64,000 nucleotides of DNA from Polyangiales bacterium (GTDB lineage Bacteria > Myxococcota_A > Polyangia > Polyangiales > Ga0077539): contig JBGARZ010000004.1 in NCBI GenBank assembly GCA_044229975.1, forward strand, positions 448,001-512,000, in the 5' to 3' direction. Both the position numbers and the translations under genes were made by a program. The first letter of the stretch is position 1; each line of letters opens with the position of its first letter. The notes beneath the pieces are model-generated. The model did no database searches. It was not told the origin of the DNA and saw nothing but the letters and a program-made list of their open reading frames with translations. Of the stretch, positions 20,206-28,979 are shown one piece after another.

Positions 20206-21251
20206 TCGAACGGAGCGACGTCCCCCTCGCGGCGTACACCACGCTGGGCCTCGGGGGCCCGGCGCGGTCGTTCATCGAGGCGCGCACCACGGAGGTGCTC
20301 ATCGCGGCCGTGACCGCCGCCGACGACGCCGGGACACCGGTGCTCCTCATGGGCGGCGGCAGCAACCTGGTCATCGCCGACGAGGGCTTCGACGGAACGG
20401 TCATCCGCGTGGTGACGCGTGGTCGACAGGTGATCGAGAAGGGCGACGACGCGCGGGTGCTCTTGTGCGCGGGCGAGCCGTGGGACGCCTTCGTGGCGTG
20501 GTCGGTGGCGCAGGGATACGTCGGCGTGGAGTGCCTGTCGGGCATCCCCGGCTGCGTGGGCGCGACGCCGATGCAGAACGTCGGCGCCTACGGTCAGGAG
20601 GTCGCCGAGCGCATCACCGCCGTGCAGGTGTGGGATCGCCGCGACCGCGCGCACCGCACGCTGCGCCCGGCGGAGTGCGGGTTCGGCTATCGGGACAGCG
20701 TGTTCAAGAGGGAGGCGCGCGGGCGCTACGTGGTGCTGTCGGTGGCCTTCGCGCTGCGGCGCGGAGTGGCGCCAGAGGTGCGCTACGGCGAGCTGTCGAA
20801 GGCGCTGGAGGGCGCGGAGGTGACCGTCGCGAGGGTGCGGGAGACGGTGCTCGCGCTGCGCCGCGCGAAGGGCATGGTGTGGGACCCGGATGATCCCGAA
20901 GGGCGCACGGCGGGGTCGTTCTTCATGAACCCGGTGGTGGCCGCGGACGTGGCGGAGGCGGTGGCCGAGCGCGCGCGCGAGCGCGGCGTGTTGCGCGAGG
21001 GCGCGACGATGCCGCGGTGGGCGACGAGCGACGGTCGCGTGAAGCTGGCCGCGGGCTGGCTCATCGAGCGCGCAGGCGTGGAGAAGGGCTGGACCGTCGA
21101 CGGCGCGGGCGTGTCGCACCGGCACGCGCTGGCGCTGGTGAACCGCGGCGGCACCACGCGGGCGCTGCTGGCGATGGCCGAGCGGGTGCGCGAGAGAGTG
21201 CGCGATGCCTTCGGGGTGACGCTGGAGATCGAGCCCGAACGAGTGGGTTGA
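20202..21251 (+). CDS. murB: UDP-N-acetylenolpyruvoylglucosamine reductase
   Basis: TTLGLGGPA, GGGSNLV, GIPGCVGATPMQNVGAYG, FGYRDSVFK, AGSFFMNP, HALALVN and LEIEP. Confidence 0.95.
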   Translation: MIERSDVPLAAYTTLGLGGPARSFIEARTTEVLIAAVTAADDAGTPVLLMGGGSNLVIADEGFDGTVIRVVTRGRQVIEKGDDARVLLCAGEPWDAFVAWSVAQGYVGVECLSGIPGCVGATPMQNVGAYGQEVAERITAVQVWDRRDRAHRTLRPAECGFGYRDSVFKREARGRYVVLSVAFALRRGVAPEVRYGELSKALEGAEVTVARVRETVLALRRAKGMVWDPDDPEGRTAGSFFMNPVVAADVAEAVAERARERGVLREGATMPRWATSDGRVKLAAGWLIERAGVEKGWTVDGAGVSHRHALALVNRGGTTRALLAMAERVRERVRDAFGVTLEIEPERVG

Positions 21252-21307
21252 CGCTCCGCCGCGGTGTCGTTGACACGGGGCGCGGCGCACGCGAAGGATC
21301 GACGCCG

Positions 21308-22891
21308 ATGAGACTGCTTGGGGCGTTGGGGATGGTCTGTGTGGTGGTGGCGTGTTCGTCGAACGGCTCGTCGGGCTTCGACACGCCCGATGCGGCAGAC
21401 GCAGCGGCCGACACCGGCGCGAGCACGACCGACTCGCCCGTCACGACCGATGAGGCGACCGCGGCCGACGTGGTCGTCGCGCCGGACGTCGTGGCTCCCG
21501 TGGATGTCGTCGTCACGCCGGACGTGCTCGTCGACATGGACGCCGCTGTTGCGCCGGACGTGGTCGTCGCGCCCGACGTGGTCAGCCCGATGGACGCCGT
21601 CAGCCCGATGGACGCCGTCATCTCGATGGACGCTCCCGACGCCGCTGCGGCCGACGTCAGCGACGCCTCGTCCGTCGACGCGCCCGACGCTCCGCCCGCC
21701 TGTACCACCTCCGCCGAGTGTCCCGTCGGGAGCCTCTGTTCGGCGCTCCTGCGGCGCTGCACCGAGTGCACCAGCGACCCCGAGTGCCCCGGCGATCGGC
21801 CCGTCTGCCGCGGCGGCGCGTGCGGTCCGCGCGTGGACTGCACCACGTCGCGCACCTGCCCGGGCGAGGTGTGCGACCCGACGGTGTTGAGCTGCGTCCG
21901 TTGCTCCGCCGACACCGACTGCAACACCGGTGAGCGCTGCGTCGCCCACGCCTGCATCCCCAGCCGGTCGTGCCGATCGTCGGTCCAGTGCAGCGCGTTC
22001 AACATGGTCTGCGACACCGTCGCCGAGCGCTGCGTGGACTGCGTGGCCGACGCTGATTGCGGGAGCGGCGCGTTCTGTACGGCGACGGGGACGTGCCGTC
22101 GCCAGGTGTGCACCCCGTCGAGCGCCGTCTGCGCCGACCTGATGACCCTGCGCACCTGCGACTCGCGCGGCTCCGTCCTTACGAGCACGGCGTGCGCGGG
22201 TGGTCAGTCGTGCGTCGACGGCCGCTGCGTGATGCGCTCGTGCACGCCGGGCGTCGCGGAGTGCGTCGACGTCACGCGGGTGCGGGTGTGCCGCGCCAAC
22301 GGCCTCGGCTTCGGCGACCCGGCGGAGTGCCCCAGCGGTCAGTCGTGCTCGGGCGGCGCGTGTGTTCCGAGGGTGTGCACGCCCGACGCGCCCGCGGGGT
22401 GCGCCGACGCCACAGGGACGCGGTTCTGCACGGCGGACGGGCTCGGCTATCGACGCGTGGCCTGCACCGCGGGAGCCAACGCGACGCCGGCGTGCACGGT
22501 CGACCGTTGCACCTTCACCTGCCAGACGGGCTACGCGAGCTGCGACGGGATGGAGGCCAACGGGTGCGAGGTCGACACGCGCACCTCGACGGCGCACTGC
22601 GGCGCCTGCAACAACGCCTGCGCCGCGGGCCAGACCTGCGTCAGCGGGGCGTGCCGCACCCAGTTGGTGTGCCCGTCGTCGTGCGGCGCCAACGCCGACT
22701 GCGACCCGTGCCGCACCTCCAGCGACCCGGATAGCGTTCGCTACTGCTGCCTCAGCGGCTTGTGCATTTCGATGACGGGGATGTGTACCGTCGTCATCTC
22801 GGACGCCGGGACGGACAGCGGCAGTGGTGGTGGCGAGACGGACGGTGGTAGCGGGTCGGACTCCGGGTCCACGGTCGACACCGGGCCGTGA
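21308..22891 (+). CDS. Cys-rich lipoprotein with a D/V/P-rich linker
   Basis: MRLLGALGMVCVVVAC lipobox; PDVVV repeats; many CxxDxDC, CDG..ANGCE and HCGAC motifs. Confidence 0.8.
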   Translation: MRLLGALGMVCVVVACSSNGSSGFDTPDAADAAADTGASTTDSPVTTDEATAADVVVAPDVVAPVDVVVTPDVLVDMDAAVAPDVVVAPDVVSPMDAVSPMDAVISMDAPDAAAADVSDASSVDAPDAPPACTTSAECPVGSLCSALLRRCTECTSDPECPGDRPVCRGGACGPRVDCTTSRTCPGEVCDPTVLSCVRCSADTDCNTGERCVAHACIPSRSCRSSVQCSAFNMVCDTVAERCVDCVADADCGSGAFCTATGTCRRQVCTPSSAVCADLMTLRTCDSRGSVLTSTACAGGQSCVDGRCVMRSCTPGVAECVDVTRVRVCRANGLGFGDPAECPSGQSCSGGACVPRVCTPDAPAGCADATGTRFCTADGLGYRRVACTAGANATPACTVDRCTFTCQTGYASCDGMEANGCEVDTRTSTAHCGACNNACAAGQTCVSGACRTQLVCPSSCGANADCDPCRTSSDPDSVRYCCLSGLCISMTGMCTVVISDAGTDSGSGGGETDGGSGSDSGSTVDTGP

Positions 22892-22936
22892 GGGTCATCG
22901 CCGCGGGCGCCGCTGCGCGGTGGTAGCGTCGTCGGG

Positions 22937-23707
22937 ATGAGCGACGGTCATCGCAAATACCAGCGCGGCCCCTTCCGGCCGGAGCAGCTTCGCTCGGGTG
23001 ATCCATACGAGTTGTCGCAGGGGCACCCGATCTACTGCCCACCCAAGGGCGAAGACATCACAGGTCCCCGAAAGCTGGGCTTCGCGGTGCTCGACAGCGA
23101 CCCGGCGGTGCGTCGCGCCGGGGTCGACACGGGCCTCGCGCTCAGCGCCGACACGCTGCGCGCACCCGACGTCGCGGTGAACTTCGAGGCGGGCGACGGG
23201 ACCTGGGCGAAGAGCGCGCCGCTCGCCGTGGAGTACGCGGGCAAGGGTCAGGACGAGGCCGACCTGCGGACGAAGATCGCCGAGCTGCTGACCGCCGGCA
23301 CACGTTGGGTGTGGGTGGTGCGGCTGGTCGGCCCGCGGCGGGTGGAGGTGCACGAGGCCGGGGCGGCGATGCGAACCGTGGGCGACGACGGAACGCTCAC
23401 GGCGCCAGGGGTTCTGGGGCTGCCGGTTCCGGTGCGGGCGCTCTACGACCGCGACGCTGCGCACCAGGTGACGCTGCGCAACCTGCTGTCCGCGAAGGGC
23501 TATGGGAGCCTCGATGCGGTGCGCAACGAGGTCCGCGAGGAGGAGTCTCGTTCGGCGATCGTGGCGATCATCGAAGCCCGCGGCTGGACCCTCGACGACG
23601 ACAGCTCGCAGCGCATCGCCGCCTGCCATGACCTCCCGACGCTGCGCGCCTGGCTCACCCGCGCGGTGACCGCGAGCTCCGTCGCGGGTCTCTTCGTCGA
23701 CGGCTGA
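22937..23707 (+). CDS. Uma2-family (PD-(D/E)xK-like) endonuclease with C-terminal helical tail
   Basis: YELSQG, LRAPDVAV, LAVEY, AGTRWVWVV; tail RIAACHDLPTLRAWLTRAV. Confidence 0.8.
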   Translation: MSDGHRKYQRGPFRPEQLRSGDPYELSQGHPIYCPPKGEDITGPRKLGFAVLDSDPAVRRAGVDTGLALSADTLRAPDVAVNFEAGDGTWAKSAPLAVEYAGKGQDEADLRTKIAELLTAGTRWVWVVRLVGPRRVEVHEAGAAMRTVGDDGTLTAPGVLGLPVPVRALYDRDAAHQVTLRNLLSAKGYGSLDAVRNEVREEESRSAIVAIIEARGWTLDDDSSQRIAACHDLPTLRAWLTRAVTASSVAGLFVDG

Positions 23708-23720
23708 TCCGTCGCGTCTG

Positions 23721-24563
23721 ATGCCTCTCTCCCGCCGCGCGCTCCTCACCGCCTCCGTCGCGCTCGTCGCCTGCGCTCGCCCTCCGTCGCGCGCCCGTCG
23801 CGTCTCCGTCGCCGCCGCGTCCGACCTGCGCTTCGCCCTCGCTGACATCCTCACGGCCCTCCGCGCGACCGAACCCCACCTCGCCGTCGAGGTCAGCTAC
23901 GGCGCCTCCGGGAGCCTCGTCGCGCAGATCACCCAGGGCGCTCCCTTCGACGTCTTCCTCTCTGCCGACGCCGCGCTCACCCGCGACCTCTGCGCCCGCA
24001 ACCTCGCCGACCCACGCTCGCTCTTCCTCTACGCCCGCGGTCACCTCGCGCTCTTCACCGCGCTGCCTTCATCGTCGCTCGACCTCTCCACCCTCGGTCT
24101 GCGCGCGCTCCTCGACCCGGCTGTTCGTCGCGTCGCCATCGCCAACCCCGCCCACGCGCCCTACGGACGCGCCGCCGTCGCCGCGCTCGCCAGCGCCGGG
24201 CTCACCGCCGCCGTCGCCGCGAAGATCGTCACCGGCGAAAACGTCGCCCAGGCCTTCCAGATGGCCCAGTCCGGTGCCGCCGACGTCGCGCTCGTCGCGC
24301 TCTCGCTCACCCGCGCGCCCGCGGTCCGCGCCGCGCCCGGTCAGGTCTTCGCGGTGGCCGCCGAACTCCATCCTCCCATCGAGCAGGGCGGCGTCATCCT
24401 CCGGCGCGCGACCGACCTCGGCTCCGCCATGATCGTCACCCGCTTCCTGCAATCTCCCGCGGCTCGCGCGATTCTCCTGCGCCACGGCTTCGACCTGCCT
24501 CCCCCTCCATGGACTGGATCGCCCTCGCCCTCAGCCTCCGACTCGCCGCCGTCACGACGGTGA
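23721..24563 (+). CDS. modA: Molybdate ABC transporter substrate-binding protein
   Basis: VAAASDL, YGASGSL, APFDVFLSAD, AIANP..APYG, GENVAQ and HPPIEQ. Confidence 0.9.
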   Translation: MPLSRRALLTASVALVACARPPSRARRVSVAAASDLRFALADILTALRATEPHLAVEVSYGASGSLVAQITQGAPFDVFLSADAALTRDLCARNLADPRSLFLYARGHLALFTALPSSSLDLSTLGLRALLDPAVRRVAIANPAHAPYGRAAVAALASAGLTAAVAAKIVTGENVAQAFQMAQSGAADVALVALSLTRAPAVRAAPGQVFAVAAELHPPIEQGGVILRRATDLGSAMIVTRFLQSPAARAILLRHGFDLPPPPWTGSPSPSASDSPPSRR

Positions 24564-25183
24564 TCCTGCTGGCGCTCGGGCTCCCGCTCGCGTGGTGGCT
24601 CGCGACCACCCGTCGACGCGTTCGCCCCGTCGTCGACGCCGTCGTGGCGCTGCCGATGATCCTGCCGCCCACGGTGCTCGGCTACTACCTCCTGCTCGCG
24701 CTCGGTCCGCGCTCTCCCCTCGGTGCGCTCGCCGTCGCGCTCACGGGTGAGTCGTTGCCCTTCACCTTCCCGGGCCTCGTCGTGGGATCGGTCATCTACA
24801 GCCTGCCCTTCGCGGTGCAGCCGCTGCGCGCGTCGTTTGCTCGCGTCGACCGCGAGCTCATCGAGGCCGCGTGGTGCCTCGGCGCCTCCCGCCTCCGGAC
24901 CTTCGTCCGCGTGGTGCTCCCGCTCTCGCGCGCCGGGGTCGTCGCCGCGGCGGTGCTGACCTTCGTCCACACGCTCGGTGAGTTTGGCGTCGTGCTGATG
25001 CTCGGCGGCAACCTCCCCGGTCGCACCCGAACGGCCTCCGTCGCCATCTACGATCAGGTGCAGTCGCTCGACTACGCCGCGGCGAATCGCACCGCGGGCG
25101 TGCTGGTGGGCTTGTCGTTTGCGCTGCTGTTGCTGACGTACCGCGCGCAGCGGTCGGGGGACCCGCGGTGGCCGACGACCTGA
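24509..25183 (+). CDS. modB: Molybdate ABC transporter permease
   Basis: LPMILPPTVLGYYLL, EAAWCLGAS and HTLGEFGVVLMLGGNLPG. Confidence 0.93.
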   Translation: MDWIALALSLRLAAVTTVILLALGLPLAWWLATTRRRVRPVVDAVVALPMILPPTVLGYYLLLALGPRSPLGALAVALTGESLPFTFPGLVVGSVIYSLPFAVQPLRASFARVDRELIEAAWCLGASRLRTFVRVVLPLSRAGVVAAAVLTFVHTLGEFGVVLMLGGNLPGRTRTASVAIYDQVQSLDYAAANRTAGVLVGLSFALLLLTYRAQRSGDPRWPTT

Positions 25184-26238
25184 TCGCCCGCGTCGAGCTC
25201 ACCGACGCCCGCGCCGTCGAGCTCTCTCTCGACGCCGACGCCTTCCCCATCGCGGTGCTCTTCGGTCCATCGGGCGCTGGCAAGACGACCCTCCTGCGCT
25301 GCCTCGCCGGCCTCGAACGGCCCCGCTCTGGGACTCTCCGCTGGCGCTCGCAGACGTGGTTCGATGCGTCGACGTGGGTGCCGCCGCAGCGCCGCGACGT
25401 GGGCTTCGTCTCGCAGCACGGCGCGCTCTTTCCCCACCTCGACGTGGCCGCCAACCTCGCCTTCGGCCTCGACGCGCTCTCCCCACCAGAGCGCGCCCGC
25501 CGCGTCGACGAGTGCGCCTCCCGCTTCGGCCTCGGTGCTCTCCTGCGTCGCGCGCCCGCCACCCTCTCCGGCGGCGAACGCCAGCGCGTCGCGCTCGCCC
25601 GCGCCGTCGCCCGTCGCCCGTCGCTGCTGCTGCTCGACGAGCCCTTGTCGGCGCTCGACCTGCCCGCGCGCGAGTCGCTGCGCGCCGACCTGCGCCGCTG
25701 GCTCCGTGAGCTGGCGCTGCCGACGCTGCTGGTCACGCACGACCCCGCGGAGGCCATGGCGCTCGGCGACTCGCTGGTGGTGTTTGATCGCGGCCGCGCG
25801 CGTCAGGTGGGCCCCGTGGGCGAGGTCTTCGAGCGGCCGAGTGATGCGACGACCGCCCGCATCGTCGGGGTCGACACGCTCATCGACGCGACGGTGCTGC
25901 GCGAGGTGGACGGCGCCGTGGTGGTGCGCGCGGGAGGACGCGAGCTCACCGCGTCGGGACCGCGCGGCGTGAGCGGCGACGTGAAGGTGTGCGTGCGGGC
26001 CGAGGACGTGACGTTGCACCGGGCGGACGCGGCGCGCGGCGGGGTCGCGGGGCGGGTGGTGCGCGTGGAGGACGAGGGGGCGTTTGCAGTGGTGACATTG
26101 GACTGCGGGTTCACGCTGGCCGCGCGGATGCCGCGGCGGGTGCTGCGCGCGCTGGGCGTGGTGGCGGGTGACGCGGTGGTGGCGGTGATCGACCGCGACG
26201 CTGCGTGGGTGGTTGCGGGAGCCACGCCGCGGCGTTAG
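25168..26238 (+). CDS. modC: Molybdate ABC transporter ATP-binding protein
   Basis: GPSGAGKT, LFPHL, LSGGERQRVALARA, LLLDEP and a C-terminal TOBE-like region. Confidence 0.88.
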   Translation: MADDLIARVELTDARAVELSLDADAFPIAVLFGPSGAGKTTLLRCLAGLERPRSGTLRWRSQTWFDASTWVPPQRRDVGFVSQHGALFPHLDVAANLAFGLDALSPPERARRVDECASRFGLGALLRRAPATLSGGERQRVALARAVARRPSLLLLDEPLSALDLPARESLRADLRRWLRELALPTLLVTHDPAEAMALGDSLVVFDRGRARQVGPVGEVFERPSDATTARIVGVDTLIDATVLREVDGAVVVRAGGRELTASGPRGVSGDVKVCVRAEDVTLHRADAARGGVAGRVVRVEDEGAFAVVTLDCGFTLAARMPRRVLRALGVVAGDAVVAVIDRDAAWVVAGATPRR

Positions 26239-26266
26239 CGCGGCGCGCGACGGTCAGCTCGCAGTC
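26222..26266 (+). repeat. REP-like repeat copy (54-bp family) overlapping the modC 3' end
   Basis: CCACGCCGCGGCGTTAGCGCGGCGCGCGACGGTCAGCTCGCAGTC closely matches the unit at 43352-43541. Confidence 0.8.
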
Positions 26267-26363
26267 ACCGTCGACTGCTGACGTCGCGCACCCGAAGGAA
26301 TGAGCCCGGTGGGATGTAGCGTTGGCGGGGTCGGTCGTGCCATCGATCACGTCGGGTAGAAAG

Positions 26364-27305
26364 ATGACCGAGGCTGACATCACCGATCGTCCCGATCCCT
26401 CGCCCGCGACCGTTGCGCCCCGTTGGACCCTCTTCCGAATCATCGCACTCGCGTTCTGCGTGATGCCCCTCACCCTCGAAGCAGAGGCGCTGATGCAGCC
26501 GACCTTCGCGGCAGAGTTCCTGTCGCCGATGGGGCCAGAGGCGACGCGCGCTCACTGGCGCGAGACCCCCGCGAGGCTCGACCAGGACGCGAACTGTCCG
26601 ACGTCGAGCATCCGCGACACCAGTTCGATCGGGGAGTCTGGCGTCGAGCGAGCGAGGTGCGAGTGGACGGCCGGTCCGGTGCGCATGGCGTCAACCCTGG
26701 CGCGCTGGCACGTCGCGATGGTCCAGGCCACCGTGGCGCCCGCGGATCCGCACCAGATCGTCGCGCGCCTGCCCGCCGAAGGGGTGTGCTCGCTCGATCC
26801 GAACGCCGCCACGAGCGGGCACCGCGTAGCCGTCGTGTCGTCACGCGAGGTGCTGATGGCGTGCGATCGCCCGTATCTCTCTGCGGAGGGCGCGTGGTGC
26901 GTCCGCCTGCGGCCTCGGGGGGTGCGAGCGCCATGGGCGCTGCTCGCGAGCGCGGTGGTCGCACTGGCCGGGTGGTGGACGGCGCTCACGTGGCGCCGCG
27001 AGCCGCTGCGCCGACTGCCGTGGAAGATCGCGCGCCGCGGCGCCGACGGTCACCACCGCCTCACCGACGGAACCGTCGTCCACCACACGCTCGGCGACGC
27101 GACCACCGAAGTGCTCTTCGTGCCCGCGGCGTCGTCGTCGTCGGCACCCTATCGCGCGGCGCAAGGGATCACCGCGGAGCGCGCCTGCTCTCCTCTCGCG
27201 TGGTGGGAGCAGGTGCAGGCCGCGGACCTCCGTCGGTGCGTACGCGCGAGTGCGTTCGCCCTGATCGCCTCCGCGATCGCGACGCTCGCGCGCCATCTCC
27301 CTTAG
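26364..27305 (+). CDS. Hypothetical membrane protein
   Basis: Open frame from ATG 26364 with three hydrophobic segments and a PYR motif; fills the gap between two repeat copies. Confidence 0.5.
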   Translation: MTEADITDRPDPSPATVAPRWTLFRIIALAFCVMPLTLEAEALMQPTFAAEFLSPMGPEATRAHWRETPARLDQDANCPTSSIRDTSSIGESGVERARCEWTAGPVRMASTLARWHVAMVQATVAPADPHQIVARLPAEGVCSLDPNAATSGHRVAVVSSREVLMACDRPYLSAEGAWCVRLRPRGVRAPWALLASAVVALAGWWTALTWRREPLRRLPWKIARRGADGHHRLTDGTVVHHTLGDATTEVLFVPAASSSSAPYRAAQGITAERACSPLAWWEQVQAADLRRCVRASAFALIASAIATLARHLP

Positions 27306-27323
27306 CGCTCACGCATGATGATC

Positions 27324-27410
27324 GACTGCGGGCGTGACCGTCGCGCGCCGCGCTGACGCTGGGGCGTGGCCCGGGGACTGCGAGCTGACCGTCGCACGCC
27401 TCGCCTACGC
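27324..27410 (-). repeat. REP-like repeat (~1.6 units of the 54-bp family), inverted relative to the 26222 copy
   Basis: GACTGCGGGCGTGACCGTCGCGCGCCGCGCTGACGCTGGGGCGTGGCCCGGGGACTGCGAGCTGACCGTCGC; same orientation as 44007-44190. Confidence 0.8.
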
Positions 27411-27412
27411 GC

Positions 27413-28012
27413 TCAAAACACCCCCGCGACCCCGACGTAGCCCGCGCCCGCGGTCACCCCGATGCTCCGCACGCCGCGGCTGTGCTCGCGCGCGGTCCAC
27501 CCTCCGAACACATCCAGTGCCAGCTCGGCGACGCCCGCCGCGAGGCAGCCGATGCCCACCCCCGTCACGCTGCGATCGTCGCCCGCGAGCCCGACGCCGA
27601 GCGCTACGCCGCCCGCCGCCAGCAGCGCGCCGTCCACTGCGTAGATCCACGGAAATGCCCCCACGATCCCGTCGATGCGCGCGCCCTCCCGTCGGCGGTA
27701 CTCCGCAGCGTCCGTCGCGATCAGTCGCGTCCCGCGCTCGCGGATGCCGGGTGTGATGGCGAGATAGACCACCCCGAAGACGAGCTGTATCGACCCCGCA
27801 ACCACGAGCGGATAGCCCGCCCCCCGCAGCAGCTCGTCGTCGCGCGTGAGCAGCACCGCACCCGCCGTCACGCTGGCGGCGCCGACGGCGGTGAAGAGCC
27901 CGTTGTTGATGTTCTCGCGGAGGACGTAGCGGTCGAGGTCGCGCTGAGCGTCCTGCGCGGAGGCCAGCGCGGGGGCGAGGGCGAGCGTCGCGGCGAGCAG
28001 GGTCGGTCGCAT
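27413..28012 (-). CDS. Hypothetical exported/membrane protein
   Basis: Signal peptide MRPTLLAATLALAPALASA; several hydrophobic helices; C-terminal ...GVAGVF. Confidence 0.65.
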   Translation of the reverse strand: MRPTLLAATLALAPALASAQDAQRDLDRYVLRENINNGLFTAVGAASVTAGAVLLTRDDELLRGAGYPLVVAGSIQLVFGVVYLAITPGIRERGTRLIATDAAEYRRREGARIDGIVGAFPWIYAVDGALLAAGGVALGVGLAGDDRSVTGVGIGCLAAGVAELALDVFGGWTAREHSRGVRSIGVTAGAGYVGVAGVF

Positions 28013-28105
28013 CGGCCGAGCGTAGAGCGCCGTTCGGGTCGGTGTCGCCGCCGCAATGCGAGAGCCGTCACGCACGTCTTCCCTCGCGCCGCCCGTCGCG
28101 CCCGC

Positions 28106-28918
28106 CTACTGGCAGGTGCGCGACTCGCGGTCGCAGAGCCACGCCAGCGCGTGCACGCCGTACTCGCCCTCGTCGCCGTACTCGCCGACTGCATCGAGCA
28201 CGAGGTAGCGCCCGCCCGGGATCACGTATCCGCGCAGCGCCGGCTCGGCGACGGGGCGGTCTTCCCACGCGGTGAGCACCAGCCGTGGGCCGTTGGGTTG
28301 CCAGCGCAGCTCGATGCGATCGGTGCCGCGCTCGGCGGCGTTGTCGCCACCGCCGAAGGTGCGTCGATGCACCGAGCGCACGGTCGCGCCGGGCGCCCAC
28401 TCCCAGGCGGTGGCCGACAGCGCCTGGCGCAGCGGGCGCAGGTCGACGAAGCCCTCGGCCACGAAGCGCGACCGCAGCCGCGCTCGAACCGTTGCCGGCG
28501 CCTGTGTCTGATCGGGCCGCTCGAACCACCCCGCGTCGGTCACCGGAACCAGGCTCCACACAGCACTCGCGGGCTCACCGCTGAAGCGCACCGACCACTC
28601 GGTGTCGTCGTTGAGGTTGGTCCCGCTCTGGCCGACGAGGCAGGCGGCCATCGAGCGGCGCGACGACCACGCGAAGCACCCGGGCTCCATCGGTTCGGCG
28701 TCGGGGAGCAGTGGCTCCGTCGTGGGCATCGCGCCAGCGAGCGTGGCGTCTGGCGCGACAACGGGCGCGGCGTCGCGGGTGATGGCCGGGCCCGCGTCGA
28801 AGGCAACGGGCGCGGCGTCACGCGCGACGACGCGCGGCGCAGGCGGCGCCGGAGGCCGAGGGCGACGACAGGCTGGCAAGAGCAGCGACGAGAGGGTGAC
28901 GAGGCGGAGGGCGTTCAC
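28106..28918 (-). CDS. Hypothetical lipoprotein
   Basis: Lipobox LLLPAC; Pro/DA-rich linker; coding-like composition. Confidence 0.65.
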   Translation of the reverse strand: MNALRLVTLSSLLLPACRRPRPPAPPAPRVVARDAAPVAFDAGPAITRDAAPVVAPDATLAGAMPTTEPLLPDAEPMEPGCFAWSSRRSMAACLVGQSGTNLNDDTEWSVRFSGEPASAVWSLVPVTDAGWFERPDQTQAPATVRARLRSRFVAEGFVDLRPLRQALSATAWEWAPGATVRSVHRRTFGGGDNAAERGTDRIELRWQPNGPRLVLTAWEDRPVAEPALRGYVIPGGRYLVLDAVGEYGDEGEYGVHALAWLCDRESRTCQ

Positions 28919-28979
28919 GGGGCGACCATAGATGGGGTGAGGGTCGCGGTAGTAGAGAGCCTGACTCGTGGGCCGAGAG

